In this document: positions 18,375 to 27,701 of the stretch, piece by piece
Layout: every line of letters begins with the position of its first letter
How positions within the stretch are numbered: the first letter of the stretch is position 1
Assembly (NCBI GenBank): GCA_017938315.1
Contig: JAGBBV010000007.1
Coordinates: forward strand, 76,974-140,973
DNA length: 64,000 bases
Origin: Lachnospiraceae bacterium
GTDB taxonomy: Bacteria; Bacillota; Clostridia; Lachnospirales; Lachnospiraceae
Direction: 5' to 3'
The notes under the pieces: model-generated
The model's database searches: none
What the model saw: only the letters and a program-made list of their open reading frames with translations
What the model was told of the DNA's origin: nothing
Program-made: the position numbers and the translations under genes

Positions 18375-19922
18375 TTATTTTGCGTAATCAATTACCCTTG
18401 ACTCTCTGATTACATTGACTTTTATCTGTCCGGGATATTCTAACTCAGCTTCAATCTGTTTAGAAATATCACGTGCTAAAAGTACCATATCAGAGTCGGA
18501 TATCTGATCCGGAACTACCATGACACGAATCTCTCTACCTGCCTGGATAGCAAAAGATTTGTCTACACCTTTGAAATTGTTGGTAATATCTTCTAATTGT
18601 TTTAATCTGCTTGTGTAAGTTTCAAGTGTTTCTCTTCTTGCACCCGGTCTTGCTGCAGATATTGTATCAGAAGCTTGTACAATACATGCAATCAGTGACT
18701 GCGGTTCAACGTCGCCATGATGTGACTCTACTGCATTGATAACCACAGCAGATTCTTTATATTTCTTACAAAGTTCCACACCAAGCTGGATATGGGAACC
18801 TTCCATTTCATGGTCAACTGCTTTACCGATATCATGCAGTAAACCTGCACGCTTAGCCATTCTCACATCTAAACCGAGTTCAGCCGCCAATAAGCCGGAT
18901 AACTGAGCCACTTCTATAGAATGCTTTAATGCGTTCTGTCCGTAGCTTGTCCTAAACTTCATCTTACCAAGCAGTCTGACTAATTCGGGATGAATACCGT
19001 GAACGCCCACTTCTAAAGTAGCTGCTTCACCTTCCTCTTTAATCATTACTTCTACTTCTTTTTGCGCTTTTTCAACCATTTCCTCAATTCTTGCAGGATG
19101 GATACGTCCATCTACAATCAGTTTTTCAAGCGCAATTCTCGCTACTTCACGACGAATAGGATCAAATCCGGATAAAATAACTGCTTCCGGTGTATCGTCA
19201 ATAATTAAGTCTACACCTGTCAAAGTCTCAAGAGTTCTGATGTTTCTTCCCTCTCTACCGATAATTCTACCTTTCATTTCATCGTTCGGAAGCTGCACAA
19301 CGGAAATTGTAGTCTCAGACACATGGTCTGCAGCACATTTCTGGATAGCTGTTACCACATATTCCTTTGCTTTTTTGTCTGCTTCTTCTTTAGCACGGCT
19401 TTCCATTTCTTTAATCATGACAGCCGTTTCATGTTTTACTTCATCTTCAACAATTTTCAACAAATAATCTTTTGCTTGATCGGAGGTTAAACCTGAGATT
19501 CGTTCGAGTTCCTGTAATCTTTGCTCATTCAGCTTTGAAATTTCTTCGCGCTGTTTAGCTAAATCTTCTTCTTTAGCTGCTAAACTTGCTTCCTTCTTTT
19601 CAATCGCTTCTGATTTCTTATCGATAGTTTCTTCCTTCTGCTGAATTCTGCGTTCATAGCGCTGTGCTTCCGCACGACGTTCCTTGATTTCTTTGTCCAA
19701 ATCATTCTTAGTACGAATGGATTCTTCCTTAACTTCAAGTAATGCTTCACGCTTCTTGGTTTCAGCTGTTTTTAAAGCTTCATCGATAATCTCTCTCGCC
19801 TTATCCTGTGCACTTCCGATTTTTGCTTCAGATACCTTTTTATGGTATGTGGTGGCAATAAGCCAAACAAGCACTGCAGTGATAAGTACAGATGCGATTA
19901 CTGCTATCAAAACATCAGCCAT
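18375..19922 (-). CDS. rny: Ribonuclease Y
   Basis: N-terminal TM, coiled coil, KH domain ([14 protein letters not shown]), HD domain ([10 protein letters not shown]), [11 protein letters not shown]. Confidence 0.98.
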   Translation of the reverse strand: MADVLIAVIASVLITAVLVWLIATTYHKKVSEAKIGSAQDKAREIIDEALKTAETKKREALLEVKEESIRTKNDLDKEIKERRAEAQRYERRIQQKEETIDKKSEAIEKKEASLAAKEEDLAKQREEISKLNEQRLQELERISGLTSDQAKDYLLKIVEDEVKHETAVMIKEMESRAKEEADKKAKEYVVTAIQKCAADHVSETTISVVQLPNDEMKGRIIGREGRNIRTLETLTGVDLIIDDTPEAVILSGFDPIRREVARIALEKLIVDGRIHPARIEEMVEKAQKEVEVMIKEEGEAATLEVGVHGIHPELVRLLGKMKFRTSYGQNALKHSIEVAQLSGLLAAELGLDVRMAKRAGLLHDIGKAVDHEMEGSHIQLGVELCKKYKESAVVINAVESHHGDVEPQSLIACIVQASDTISAARPGARRETLETYTSRLKQLEDITNNFKGVDKSFAIQAGREIRVMVVPDQISDSDMVLLARDISKQIEAELEYPGQIKVNVIRESRVIDYAK

Positions 19923-20018
19923 TTACAGGAGCACCTCCTTATTTAATTTTCATTGTACGCTTATCTATCTAGAATGTATGTAGTATAAACATTCTAATAA
20001 CAAATTTACAACACTTAA

Positions 20019-20047
20019 ATTTTAAACTCAAATTGATGTTATGTCAA
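20019..20047 (-). promoter_or_regulatory. SigA-type promoter for rny, overlapping the recX 3' end
   Basis: TTGACA (20047-20042), 17 bp, TAAAAT (20024-20019). Confidence 0.7.
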
Positions 20048-20651
20048 GTGAAAGTAGTCTTCTAATCGTATCAATTTGAAATCCCTTACGATATAGAAAG
20101 GCACTAAACTTTTGTTTCTCTTCAAATGTCGCTTCCGATGCACTGAAATTCTTTTTTTTCATCCAGAGAATAATCTGCTCCGGTTCCAAATCCCTGTCAT
20201 CTTCTGTGGTGCAATCATTCCAGCATTCTTCTATCATTGCTTTTTCAATTCCCTTTTGCATAAGGGTATTTGTTATCTTTTTTCTGGTCTGGTTTTCCTT
20301 ATGATATTCTATATAATCCAGTGCATATTGTCTGTCATCAAGGTATCCGAATGAGGCAACATAGGAAATGGCAATATTTGCAATTTCCTTCGGATATCCC
20401 CCTGTCACCAATTTGTCCGTTAACTGTTTGGTGGTATATGGTCTCGATTTTAACAAATTCATAGCGCGCATCTTGGCACGCCTCGGAAGCAACTCTTCTA
20501 CTATGCTTTTATAAGTGTTCTCTGAAATTTCTTCGCCTACTTTTAACCCATAGATACGCAATTCGCCTTTGTATAACACAAAGGCGAATTCTTCATCAGT
20601 TATGATTTGCACTCTGGATTTAGAAATCTCAGTTATTTTCGTAACTGTCAT
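20028..20651 (-). CDS. recX: Regulatory protein RecX
   Basis: AMNLLKSRPYT, GYLDDRQYA, LMQKGI, FLYRKGF; directly downstream of recA. Confidence 0.9.
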   Translation of the reverse strand: MTVTKITEISKSRVQIITDEEFAFVLYKGELRIYGLKVGEEISENTYKSIVEELLPRRAKMRAMNLLKSRPYTTKQLTDKLVTGGYPKEIANIAISYVASFGYLDDRQYALDYIEYHKENQTRKKITNTLMQKGIEKAMIEECWNDCTTEDDRDLEPEQIILWMKKKNFSASEATFEEKQKFSAFLYRKGFQIDTIRRLLSLDITSI

Positions 20652-20698
20652 ATAGTCCTCTTTCTGATATTTCTGTACTTAAACATAATTCTTAAGCA

Positions 20699-21733
20699 TT
20701 ATACTTCAAGATTATCCGTCGCATCGGCTGCTTTTGCACCGTCAAGTCCAAAGTGTGCACGGACTTTTGCTGTCACTTCATCGCATATAGCAGGATTATC
20801 CTTTAAATACTGCTTCGCATTCTCGCGTCCCTGCCCGATTTTATTTCCTTCATAGGCATACCATGCACCACTTTTATTAATAATGTTCACATTGGCTGCT
20901 AAGTCAAGAACATCTCCCTCATAAGAAATTCCTTCCCCAAACATAATGTCAAATTCAGCCTCTTTAAAAGGTGGTGCAATCTTATTCTTAACTACTTTTA
21001 CTCGGGTTCTGTTTCCGATAACCTCACCGCCCTGTTTTAATGACTCAATTCTTCTGACATCCATACGGACAGATGAATAGAATTTAAGTGCACGTCCACC
21101 GGTAGTGGTTTCCGGATTACCAAACATAATTCCAACCTTTTCACGAAGCTGGTTAATAAATACTACTGTGCAGTTTGACTTGCTGATAACAGCCGTTAAT
21201 TTACGAAGTGCCTGGGACATGAGACGTGCCTGTAAACCCACATGGGAATCCCCCATGTCTCCGTCAATTTCCGCCTTAGGAACAAGGGCAGCAACGGAGT
21301 CAACTACCACAATATCAAGTGCTCCGGAACGCACCATGGTTTCCGTAATCTCAAGTGCCTGTTCACCGTTATCCGGCTGGGAAATATATAAATTATCCAC
21401 ATCAACGCCAATATTCTTTGCATATACAGGGTCAAGTGCATGCTCAGCATCTATAAATCCTGCAATACCGCCATTCTTCTGTACTTCAGCGATCATATGT
21501 AAAGTAACCGTAGTCTTACCACTGGATTCAGGACCATAAATTTCGATGACTCTTCCTTTGGGAATACCACCCAGTCCAAGGGCAATATCAAGACTAAGGG
21601 AACCTGTAGGGATTGTCTCTATGTTCATCTGTGCTGCAGGGTCACCTAATTTCATAACCGCACCCTTTCCAAATTGTTTTTCAATCTGTCCCAGTGCTGC
21701 GTCAAGTGCTTTTAACTTTTCATTCTTTTCCAT
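20699..21733 (-). CDS. recA: Recombinase A
   Basis: [56 protein letters not shown]. Confidence 0.99.
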   Translation of the reverse strand: MEKNEKLKALDAALGQIEKQFGKGAVMKLGDPAAQMNIETIPTGSLSLDIALGLGGIPKGRVIEIYGPESSGKTTVTLHMIAEVQKNGGIAGFIDAEHALDPVYAKNIGVDVDNLYISQPDNGEQALEITETMVRSGALDIVVVDSVAALVPKAEIDGDMGDSHVGLQARLMSQALRKLTAVISKSNCTVVFINQLREKVGIMFGNPETTTGGRALKFYSSVRMDVRRIESLKQGGEVIGNRTRVKVVKNKIAPPFKEAEFDIMFGEGISYEGDVLDLAANVNIINKSGAWYAYEGNKIGQGRENAKQYLKDNPAICDEVTAKVRAHFGLDGAKAADATDNLEV

Positions 21734-21756
21734 AAAATATGCTCTCCTTTTGATAG

Positions 21757-21768
21757 GAACATTTGTTC
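21757..21768. promoter_or_regulatory. LexA (Cheo/SOS) box 1 of recA
   Basis: GAAC-ATTT-GTTC matches the Gram-positive GAAC-N4-GTTC consensus exactly. Confidence 0.9.
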
Positions 21769-21774
21769 TATTAA

Positions 21775-21803
21775 AGAATAAAACAAATGTTCGGTTTTGT
21801 CAA
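21775..21803 (-). promoter_or_regulatory. recA SigA promoter with LexA box 2 in the spacer
   Basis: TTGACA (21803-21798), 17 bp, TATTCT (21780-21775); AAAC-AAAT-GTTC at 21781-21792. Confidence 0.8.
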
Positions 21804-22018
21804 CTGTTTTTTATTTCTTTTTTATGTATTTTAATATAGCACGCTTATTGTCCAATAAATCTCCCTCATAGGCATCTCCTCCCTTCCTCCTTATTTTTGC
21901 TTTGGATTGTTGGCTGAAAATGCCGGATATGCAAAGCAGATGGTCTTCGATGTCACCGGAAATGTAACATCTGATTCTATGATTTACTGTATCATATTAT
22001 CCCATATTCCGCAACAAA

Positions 22019-22059
22019 AAAGCAGGCTGCCATCCCGCCTTGGAATCACATCCTGCCTT
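22019..22059 (-). terminator. Terminator after the Asp-rich membrane protein gene
   Basis: Long imperfect GC-rich hairpin (GCAGG/CCTGC core) followed by a U run on the minus strand. Confidence 0.6.
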
Positions 22060-22068
22060 CATTTTCCA

Positions 22069-23025
22069 TTAAAACTGCTGTTGATATTTTTTATAGTCAG
22101 AATAGGTAACCGTCACCCATCCATCATAATAATTAAATCCAATTTCCATACCCAGTGGCGTATAGAAGGCAATCACCGTCGATTCATCACTAAGGTACTC
22201 TGTAATCTCCTGATCAGACATATCGGAAATGGAATCAATCAGTCCGTTTTGCCGTTCGCAACGTTTTCTAAATTCAATAGAGAACTCATCATCTACTGAG
22301 AAAAACTGGGAATTTTTAAGTACCATACCTGTTTCCATGTCAATGTTTACAGGCACCACATAGCTCTCAAAGTAATCTCCGTTAAGATAAGCATACTCCA
22401 CATAAGCAACACTAAGCACTTCTTCTGACATATAGGTAACATATGCATACGCTGTAAAAGTATATTCTCCGCCGCCCAGGTAACCTGCTACGTCATTAAG
22501 GTAATCTTCGACTACAGCTATTTCACCTTGTATGGCATTATTAACTCTCTCCTCATCGATAGAATCACCGGAGACTACCGGATAAGTAACATCCATGGAA
22601 ACATATCCGTAATCTTCCATAAAATCATCACTCTCGTAAGTATCAAACTCCACACGATAAGACAAATCATCTCTTACAGCGTCTTCAAATTCATAATATT
22701 CGTTTTCAAAATAACTATACACATCGTCATCATCGTCGTCGTCCCAATCAGGATCATCCGACCAGAAGTCATCTTCTTCGTCATCCCGGTCGTCGTCCCG
22801 GTTTTCGTCAAAGTCTTCATCAAAGTCGTCGTCCCAATCTTCATCCCAGTCTTCGTCAAAATCATAGTCAAAGTCTTCTTCATCATTTAAGATTTCTGCA
22901 GCATCCATCAAAAAATCTGTTATCTGATACACGCTGACCATAAATGAAACAATCAAAGCAACACCGATTCCAAAACATGCAAATATGGTTCCTACTATTT
23001 TACCGGTTGTCCATGGTTTCTTCAT
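22069..23025 (-). CDS. Single-TM protein with Asp-rich repeat stalk and probable DUF4163/DUF3298-like (PdaC/RsiV-like) C-terminal domain
   Basis: N-terminal TM; residues 48-101 D/E-rich; SMDVTYPVVSG...RVNNAI, VLSVAY, VNIDMETG typical of that fold (recognised by eye). Confidence 0.65.
   Translation of the reverse strand: MKKPWTTGKIVGTIFACFGIGVALIVSFMVSVYQITDFLMDAAEILNDEEDFDYDFDEDWDEDWDDDFDEDFDENRDDDRDDEEDDFWSDDPDWDDDDDDDVYSYFENEYYEFEDAVRDDLSYRVEFDTYESDDFMEDYGYVSMDVTYPVVSGDSIDEERVNNAIQGEIAVVEDYLNDVAGYLGGGEYTFTAYAYVTYMSEEVLSVAYVEYAYLNGDYFESYVVPVNIDMETGMVLKNSQFFSVDDEFSIEFRKRCERQNGLIDSISDMSDQEITEYLSDESTVIAFYTPLGMEIGFNYYDGWVTVTYSDYKKYQQQF
22723..22884 (-). repeat. Low-complexity Asp-aromatic tetrapeptide repeats
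   Basis: DFDYDFDEDWDEDWDDDFDEDFDENRDDDRDD...DWDDDDDDD; about 12-bp periodicity in DNA. Confidence 0.85.
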
Positions 23026-23076
23026 ACTGTCCCCTTCATATCTTCCTCTTAAAACACAATTACTGCTATAGTTCCA

Positions 23077-23547
23077 CTACTTTTTCATGCAGTCCAAAAG
23101 CTGCTTGAGCGCCTTTTCTGTAGTCTGTCTGCGTATGGCAAAACGATCCCCGTCAAAATGATTCTCCGTCACCGTCACTTCTCCGCTAACATAACATCCT
23201 ATGTATACAAGTCCTACCGGCTTTTCTTTTGTTCCACCGCCCGGCCCTGCGATTCCTGTTACTGCCACCGATACATCTGCTCCGGCTGCTTTTGCGGCTC
23301 CTTCTGCCATCATGTAGGCCACTTCCTTGCTTACAGCCCCTTTAGTCTTTAGGACCTCTTCATCTACGCCGAGCAGTTTGCTTTTGGCGTGATTTGCATA
23401 AGTAATATAACCTTCCTCATAAAACTCTGAAATACCTGCCACATTTACCAGTTCCGATGCAATCATGCCCCCGGTACAGGATTCTGCTGTTGTAAGCTTA
23501 TATTTCTTTTCGGAAAGAAGTTCTACGATTTCTTCTGCAAGACCCAT
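23077..23547 (-). CDS. cinA: CinA C-terminal domain protein (NMN deamidase, PncC-like)
   Basis: TTAESCTGG, YANHAK, GAVSKEVA, TGIAGPGGGT, KPVGLVY; lacks the N-terminal MocF domain. Confidence 0.9.
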   Translation of the reverse strand: MGLAEEIVELLSEKKYKLTTAESCTGGMIASELVNVAGISEFYEEGYITYANHAKSKLLGVDEEVLKTKGAVSKEVAYMMAEGAAKAAGADVSVAVTGIAGPGGGTKEKPVGLVYIGCYVSGEVTVTENHFDGDRFAIRRQTTEKALKQLLDCMKK

Positions 23548-24080
23548 TATTTAGTCTCCTTCATAACTTCCTTATTCTTCACAAGATAATCAATCAAAGA
23601 TACAACTGTTAAAATAACTGCAATCCAAGTCACAATATCCGTTACTATCTGTAAAACAGGAAGATTTGCAATCATAAGGCATACCGCAATAATCTGGAAT
23701 GTGGTCTTAAATTTTCCCCAATAACTTGCCGCAATGACAACGCCATTATCGGATGCAATAAGTCTGAATCCGCTAATGACAAATTCTCTTGCAATAATTA
23801 AAATTACCATCCAAGAAGGAATTCTCTCAAGTTCCACCAGACAAATCAGTGCAGAACATACAAGCAACTTATCTGCGAGGGGATCCATAAACTTACCGAA
23901 ATTGGTTACCAGATTATGTTTTCTGGCAATATATCCATCCAGAAAGTCCGTTAAACTTGCCACAATAAAGATGGCAAGTGCAATCCATTTATCAATGGGC
24001 GTAATGGGCACTAATAAAAACACAATGAAAAAAGGAATTAAAATCACTCTAAAAATTGTCAGTTTGTTGGGTAAATTCAT
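23547..24080 (-). CDS. pgsA: CDP-diacylglycerol--glycerol-3-phosphate 3-phosphatidyltransferase
   Basis: MNLPNKLT, TDFLDGYIARK, FGKFMDPLADK. Confidence 0.96.
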   Translation of the reverse strand: MNLPNKLTIFRVILIPFFIVFLLVPITPIDKWIALAIFIVASLTDFLDGYIARKHNLVTNFGKFMDPLADKLLVCSALICLVELERIPSWMVILIIAREFVISGFRLIASDNGVVIAASYWGKFKTTFQIIAVCLMIANLPVLQIVTDIVTWIAVILTVVSLIDYLVKNKEVMKETK

Positions 24081-24097
24081 CTTTATCTCTCCTTTTT

Positions 24098-25423
24098 TTA
24101 TTTTACAGGCTCCCCTATCAAATCATATTCATGGGAACCTGTCACTTTTACTTTCACGAAATCACCGCTCATAAGACTTCTGCCTGTTTGCAAGAACAAA
24201 TAGCCATCCACTCCCGGCGCATCTTTATAGGTTCTGGTGACATAAACATCGTCTTCTGCTATCTTTCCTTCTACCATGACTGTTAAAATTTTACCTTTCA
24301 TGGCATCCGCCGCTTCAAAAGCAATTTCCTGTTGAAGCTCCATCATCTCTTCCTGCCGCGTTGCCTTTATCTCATCATCAACCTGATCGTCCATGCCTGC
24401 TGCAGGTGTATCTTCCTCCTGGGAATAAGTAAAAACTCCAAGGCGGTCAAACTCCATCTCATTGACAAATACCATTGTTTCTTCATGATCTTCATCTGTC
24501 TCTCCCGGAAAGCCGGTGATAAAGGTAGTCCTGATACAAATATCGGGAATCTCTTTCCGCAGTTTTACAATCAAATCACCTATCTGCTGTGTATCAGTTC
24601 TTCTTCCCATGCGTTTTAACACTTTATCGCTTCCGCTCTGGATGGGAATATCTAAATAATGGCACACTTTAGGTAGCCTCTTTATGGTTTCAATGAGTTC
24701 ATCCGTAATCTCTTCCGGATAACAATATAGGATTCTAATCCATTGTAGTTCTTCTATCTCGGAAAGCTTTTCAAGAAGCTTTGGCAAAATCTTCTCTCCA
24801 TATAAATCCATGCCGTAAAGGGTGGTTTCCTGGGCAACCAATATCAGTTCCCTAACGCCTCCCTCTGCCAGGGTTTTTGCCTCTGCAAGAAGTGTTTCCA
24901 TAGGAACGCTTCTGTAATTTCCCCTGACTTTCGGAATGATACAATAAGTACAATGTTTATTACAGCCTTCTGCTATCTTAAGATAAGCATAATGTCCGCC
25001 GGTAGTTAAAATTCGTTTTTTACCGCTGACCGGTGCCTTATCCAAAGTTTCTATATGATTGCTGCCTTTTCCGGCAAGAACTTCATCCAGTGTCTGTGCC
25101 ACCACATCAATGGCAGAAGTTCCAATGATAGCATCTACTTCTTCAATTTCTTCCTGTATTTCTTCCTGATAGCGCTGTGCCAGACATCCTGCCACAATCA
25201 GGGCTTTTATCTGCCCGCTTTTTTTCAGTTCTGCCATTTCCAGAATGGTATTGATACTTTCTTCCTTGGCATCATTGATAAAGCAACAGGTATTTACAAC
25301 AACCGCTTCTGCCTGGGTTTCATCATCTGTGAAGGAATAACCTTTTTCTGCAAGCATTCCTATCATCATTTCCGAATCCACCAGATTTTTATCACATCCC
25401 AGTGAAACAAATAAAACATTCAT
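24098..25423 (-). CDS. rimO: Ribosomal protein uS12 methylthiotransferase
   Basis: SLGCDKNLVDSE, NTCCFI, radical SAM EGCNKHCTYC, C-terminal TRAM domain; rimO-pgsA-cinA synteny. Confidence 0.95.
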   Translation of the reverse strand: MNVLFVSLGCDKNLVDSEMMIGMLAEKGYSFTDDETQAEAVVVNTCCFINDAKEESINTILEMAELKKSGQIKALIVAGCLAQRYQEEIQEEIEEVDAIIGTSAIDVVAQTLDEVLAGKGSNHIETLDKAPVSGKKRILTTGGHYAYLKIAEGCNKHCTYCIIPKVRGNYRSVPMETLLAEAKTLAEGGVRELILVAQETTLYGMDLYGEKILPKLLEKLSEIEELQWIRILYCYPEEITDELIETIKRLPKVCHYLDIPIQSGSDKVLKRMGRRTDTQQIGDLIVKLRKEIPDICIRTTFITGFPGETDEDHEETMVFVNEMEFDRLGVFTYSQEEDTPAAGMDDQVDDEIKATRQEEMMELQQEIAFEAADAMKGKILTVMVEGKIAEDDVYVTRTYKDAPGVDGYLFLQTGRSLMSGDFVKVKVTGSHEYDLIGEPVK

Positions 25424-25466
25424 TCTTATTGCTCCTTTTTACGGAAATAGCTCCGTTCTTATATAA

Positions 25467-25493
25467 ATGGCGACCGTATCTTCCGGTCGCCAT
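25467..25493 (-). terminator. Stem-loop between rpoZ and rimO
   Basis: ATGGCGACCG / CGGTCGCCAT 10-bp perfect stem; weak U tail. Confidence 0.6.
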
Positions 25494-25502
25494 CAAACTG
25501 TT

Positions 25503-25736
25503 TTATTCTTCATCTGACAGGATTTTAACTTTTCCCTGATTTAATTCTTCTACAGCAATGGATAAAGGTTTGATTTCCTTAGACTGTACTAGGGGTTCTT
25601 CTCCGCCGATAATCTGGCGTGCTCTCTTGGAAGCAGCCATTACGATAGAATATCTGCTGTTTACAACAGGTGCTTCGCCCTGTTCCACTTCGCTGTTTAC
25701 TACTTTCATTAAGTCTGAATAAGATGGATGTAACAT
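25503..25736 (-). CDS. rpoZ: RNA polymerase subunit omega
   Basis: MLHPSY, SRYSIVMAASKRARQI, KPLSIAVEEL; follows gmk. Confidence 0.93.
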   Translation of the reverse strand: MLHPSYSDLMKVVNSEVEQGEAPVVNSRYSIVMAASKRARQIIGGEEPLVQSKEIKPLSIAVEELNQGKVKILSDEE

Positions 25737-25759
25737 ATTTTTCTCCTTTCATGGAACGC

Positions 25760-26386
25760 CTATTTTGCAAAGGCTTCCAGTTCCTTTCTCATTTTTTCAA
25801 TTAAGTCCCCACACCTGTCCGGGGTATCATGTGCCGCCATAATCACGCTATGCATGTGTCTGACACATTCCTCTAAATCATCATTGATTACAATGTAATC
25901 ATACTCTTCTATTCCTTCTGCTTCTTCAGCTGCCCTCTTAAGACGTTTATCAATGACTTCTTTTGTCTCGGTGCCTCTGCCTTCGAGTCTTCTTCGAAGT
26001 TCCTGTGCATTTGGCGGCATCACAAAAAGAAGTAGTGCTTCCGGGAACTGTTTTTTCACCTTTAAGGCTCCCTGTATTTCAATCTCAAGGATAACATCTT
26101 TCCCCTTTTCAAGCTGCTCTTCCACGTATGCTTTTGGTGTTCCGTAATAATTGTCACAGTAAGAAGCATACTCTACAAGTCCGTTTTCTGCAATCTGTTT
26201 TTCAAATTCCTCGCGGCTTACAAAGAAATATTCTCTTCCGCTTACTTCTCCGGGTCTGGGATTTCTTGTCGTCATGGAAACAGACAAAGCATAATTTTCA
26301 TAGTCACTGACAAGACGTTTCATCAGTGTACCCTTTCCTGCTCCCGAAAAACCGGAAACTACAATCAAAATTCCTTTACGCTTCAT
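25760..26386 (-). CDS. gmk: Guanylate kinase
   Basis: [32 protein letters not shown]. Confidence 0.97.
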   Translation of the reverse strand: MKRKGILIVVSGFSGAGKGTLMKRLVSDYENYALSVSMTTRNPRPGEVSGREYFFVSREEFEKQIAENGLVEYASYCDNYYGTPKAYVEEQLEKGKDVILEIEIQGALKVKKQFPEALLLFVMPPNAQELRRRLEGRGTETKEVIDKRLKRAAEEAEGIEEYDYIVINDDLEECVRHMHSVIMAAHDTPDRCGDLIEKMRKELEAFAK

Positions 26387-26636
26387 TGTCCTCTTTCCCT
26401 TCTGCCTGTGCTCTCTGGGCTATGGTCTCCGGCAATAATGCGGACAAAACAATTTGGCTGTTTTCCATCACCAGAACCGCTTTTGTTTTTCTTCCCTGGG
26501 TGGCATCGATGGCACTACCTTCTTCCTTGGCCTTCTGCACCATACGTTTTACCGGTGCGGAATCGGGACTTACAATGGCAATAATCCTGCCTGCATTTAC
26601 AATATTGCCAAACCCAATGTTAATCAGCTTGTTCAA
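26376..26636 (-). CDS. remA: Extracellular matrix regulator RemA (DUF370)
   Basis: [27 protein letters not shown]. Confidence 0.93.
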   Translation of the reverse strand: MNKLINIGFGNIVNAGRIIAIVSPDSAPVKRMVQKAKEEGSAIDATQGRKTKAVLVMENSQIVLSALLPETIAQRAQAEGKEDNEA

Positions 26637-26653
26637 GGCTTACCTCACTATCT

Positions 26654-27532
26654 TTATTCAATATTCTGAATCTGCTCTCTGACTTTTTCAATTTCTGTCT
26701 TTAACTCAATAGCACGATTGGAAATTTCCAAATCATTTGACTTGGATAAAATCGTATTGGCTTCACGGTTCATTTCCTGTGCAATAAAGTCAAGCTTTCT
26801 ACCGATGCTGCCGCCCGCAATAAGAGTTTCCTTTGTGGTTTCAATATGGCTTCTTAGGCGCACCAGTTCTTCATCCACGCATACCTTGTCTGCAAAAATA
26901 GTCACTTCCATTAATAATCTGTTTTCGTCTACCTTTGCATCCTCTAAAAGTTCTTTTACTTTATCTTCTAATTTCTGCTTATATTCCGTAATAATCTGAG
27001 GGGAACGTTCTGTGATAAAGTCAACATGGGAAAGCATACCGTCCAGCTTGTCAATCAAATCGTTCTTTAAATTATTTCCTTCTTTGATTCTGGTCTGTAC
27101 AAAGCCTTCCGATGCACCTTTGATTGCTTTATCAAGGAGCTGCCATAAAGCTTCTTCGTCAATGGTCTGCTCTTCCATGGTAAGCACTTCCGGATATCTG
27201 GAAAGACCTGATACTCTTACGTCATTATCCAGTTCAAAATCCTCTGCCATCTGCTTTAAATAGCCCATGTACTCTGCAGCCAGTTCTTTATTATACTTTA
27301 CGCAGACATTGGATTCGGTGAAATCTTCATAGGTAATGAAAATATCTACCTTACCTCTCTGAATATAGTTTTTCAGTTCACTTCTGATTGCTGCTTCAAA
27401 AAAATTCAGTTTCTTTGGCATCTTGATATTTACATCAAGATATCTGTGATTTACGGACTTCATCTCAACCGTAATTTTACGTTCTGCTTCCTGTATCTCA
27501 CATCTGCCGAAACCGGTCATACTTTTTATCAT
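26654..27532 (-). CDS. yicC: YicC/YloC family endoribonuclease
   Basis: MIKSMTGFG, SVNHRYLD, EELVRLRSH, GRKLDFIAQEMNREANTI, EQIQNIE. Confidence 0.96.
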   Translation of the reverse strand: MIKSMTGFGRCEIQEAERKITVEMKSVNHRYLDVNIKMPKKLNFFEAAIRSELKNYIQRGKVDIFITYEDFTESNVCVKYNKELAAEYMGYLKQMAEDFELDNDVRVSGLSRYPEVLTMEEQTIDEEALWQLLDKAIKGASEGFVQTRIKEGNNLKNDLIDKLDGMLSHVDFITERSPQIITEYKQKLEDKVKELLEDAKVDENRLLMEVTIFADKVCVDEELVRLRSHIETTKETLIAGGSIGRKLDFIAQEMNREANTILSKSNDLEISNRAIELKTEIEKVREQIQNIE

Positions 27533-27614
27533 GCCGTTACTCCTTCATACCTTCCAAAAGTATCGTGCAGCACGATCCAACTATCGAATCCCCCACCTCT
27601 GCACATTCCATACT

Positions 27615-27643
27615 ATTATAGAATAAGTGCCTAAAAACGTCAA
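27615..27643 (-). promoter_or_regulatory. SigA-type promoter of yicC-remA-gmk-rpoZ operon
   Basis: TTGACG (27643-27638), 17 bp, TATAAT (27620-27615). Confidence 0.82.
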
Positions 27644-27650
27644 GGTTTGC

Positions 27651-27679
27651 TTGTTTGAAAACACAATTTGGGTTATACT
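27651..27679 (+). promoter_or_regulatory. Candidate SigA promoter of rqcH
   Basis: TTGTTT, 17 bp, TATACT, then AAAGGAG RBS. Confidence 0.55.
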
Positions 27680-27701
27680 TAGCAGGAAAGGAGTTCTGAT
27701 T

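Noticed and set aside
21907-22299. 130-aa plus-strand ORF
   Set aside because: Antisense to the Asp-rich gene and its terminator; no RBS or motif.
22674-22886. 70-aa Met/Thr/Lys-rich ORF
   Set aside because: Frame-shifted reading of the GAT/GAC Asp repeat.
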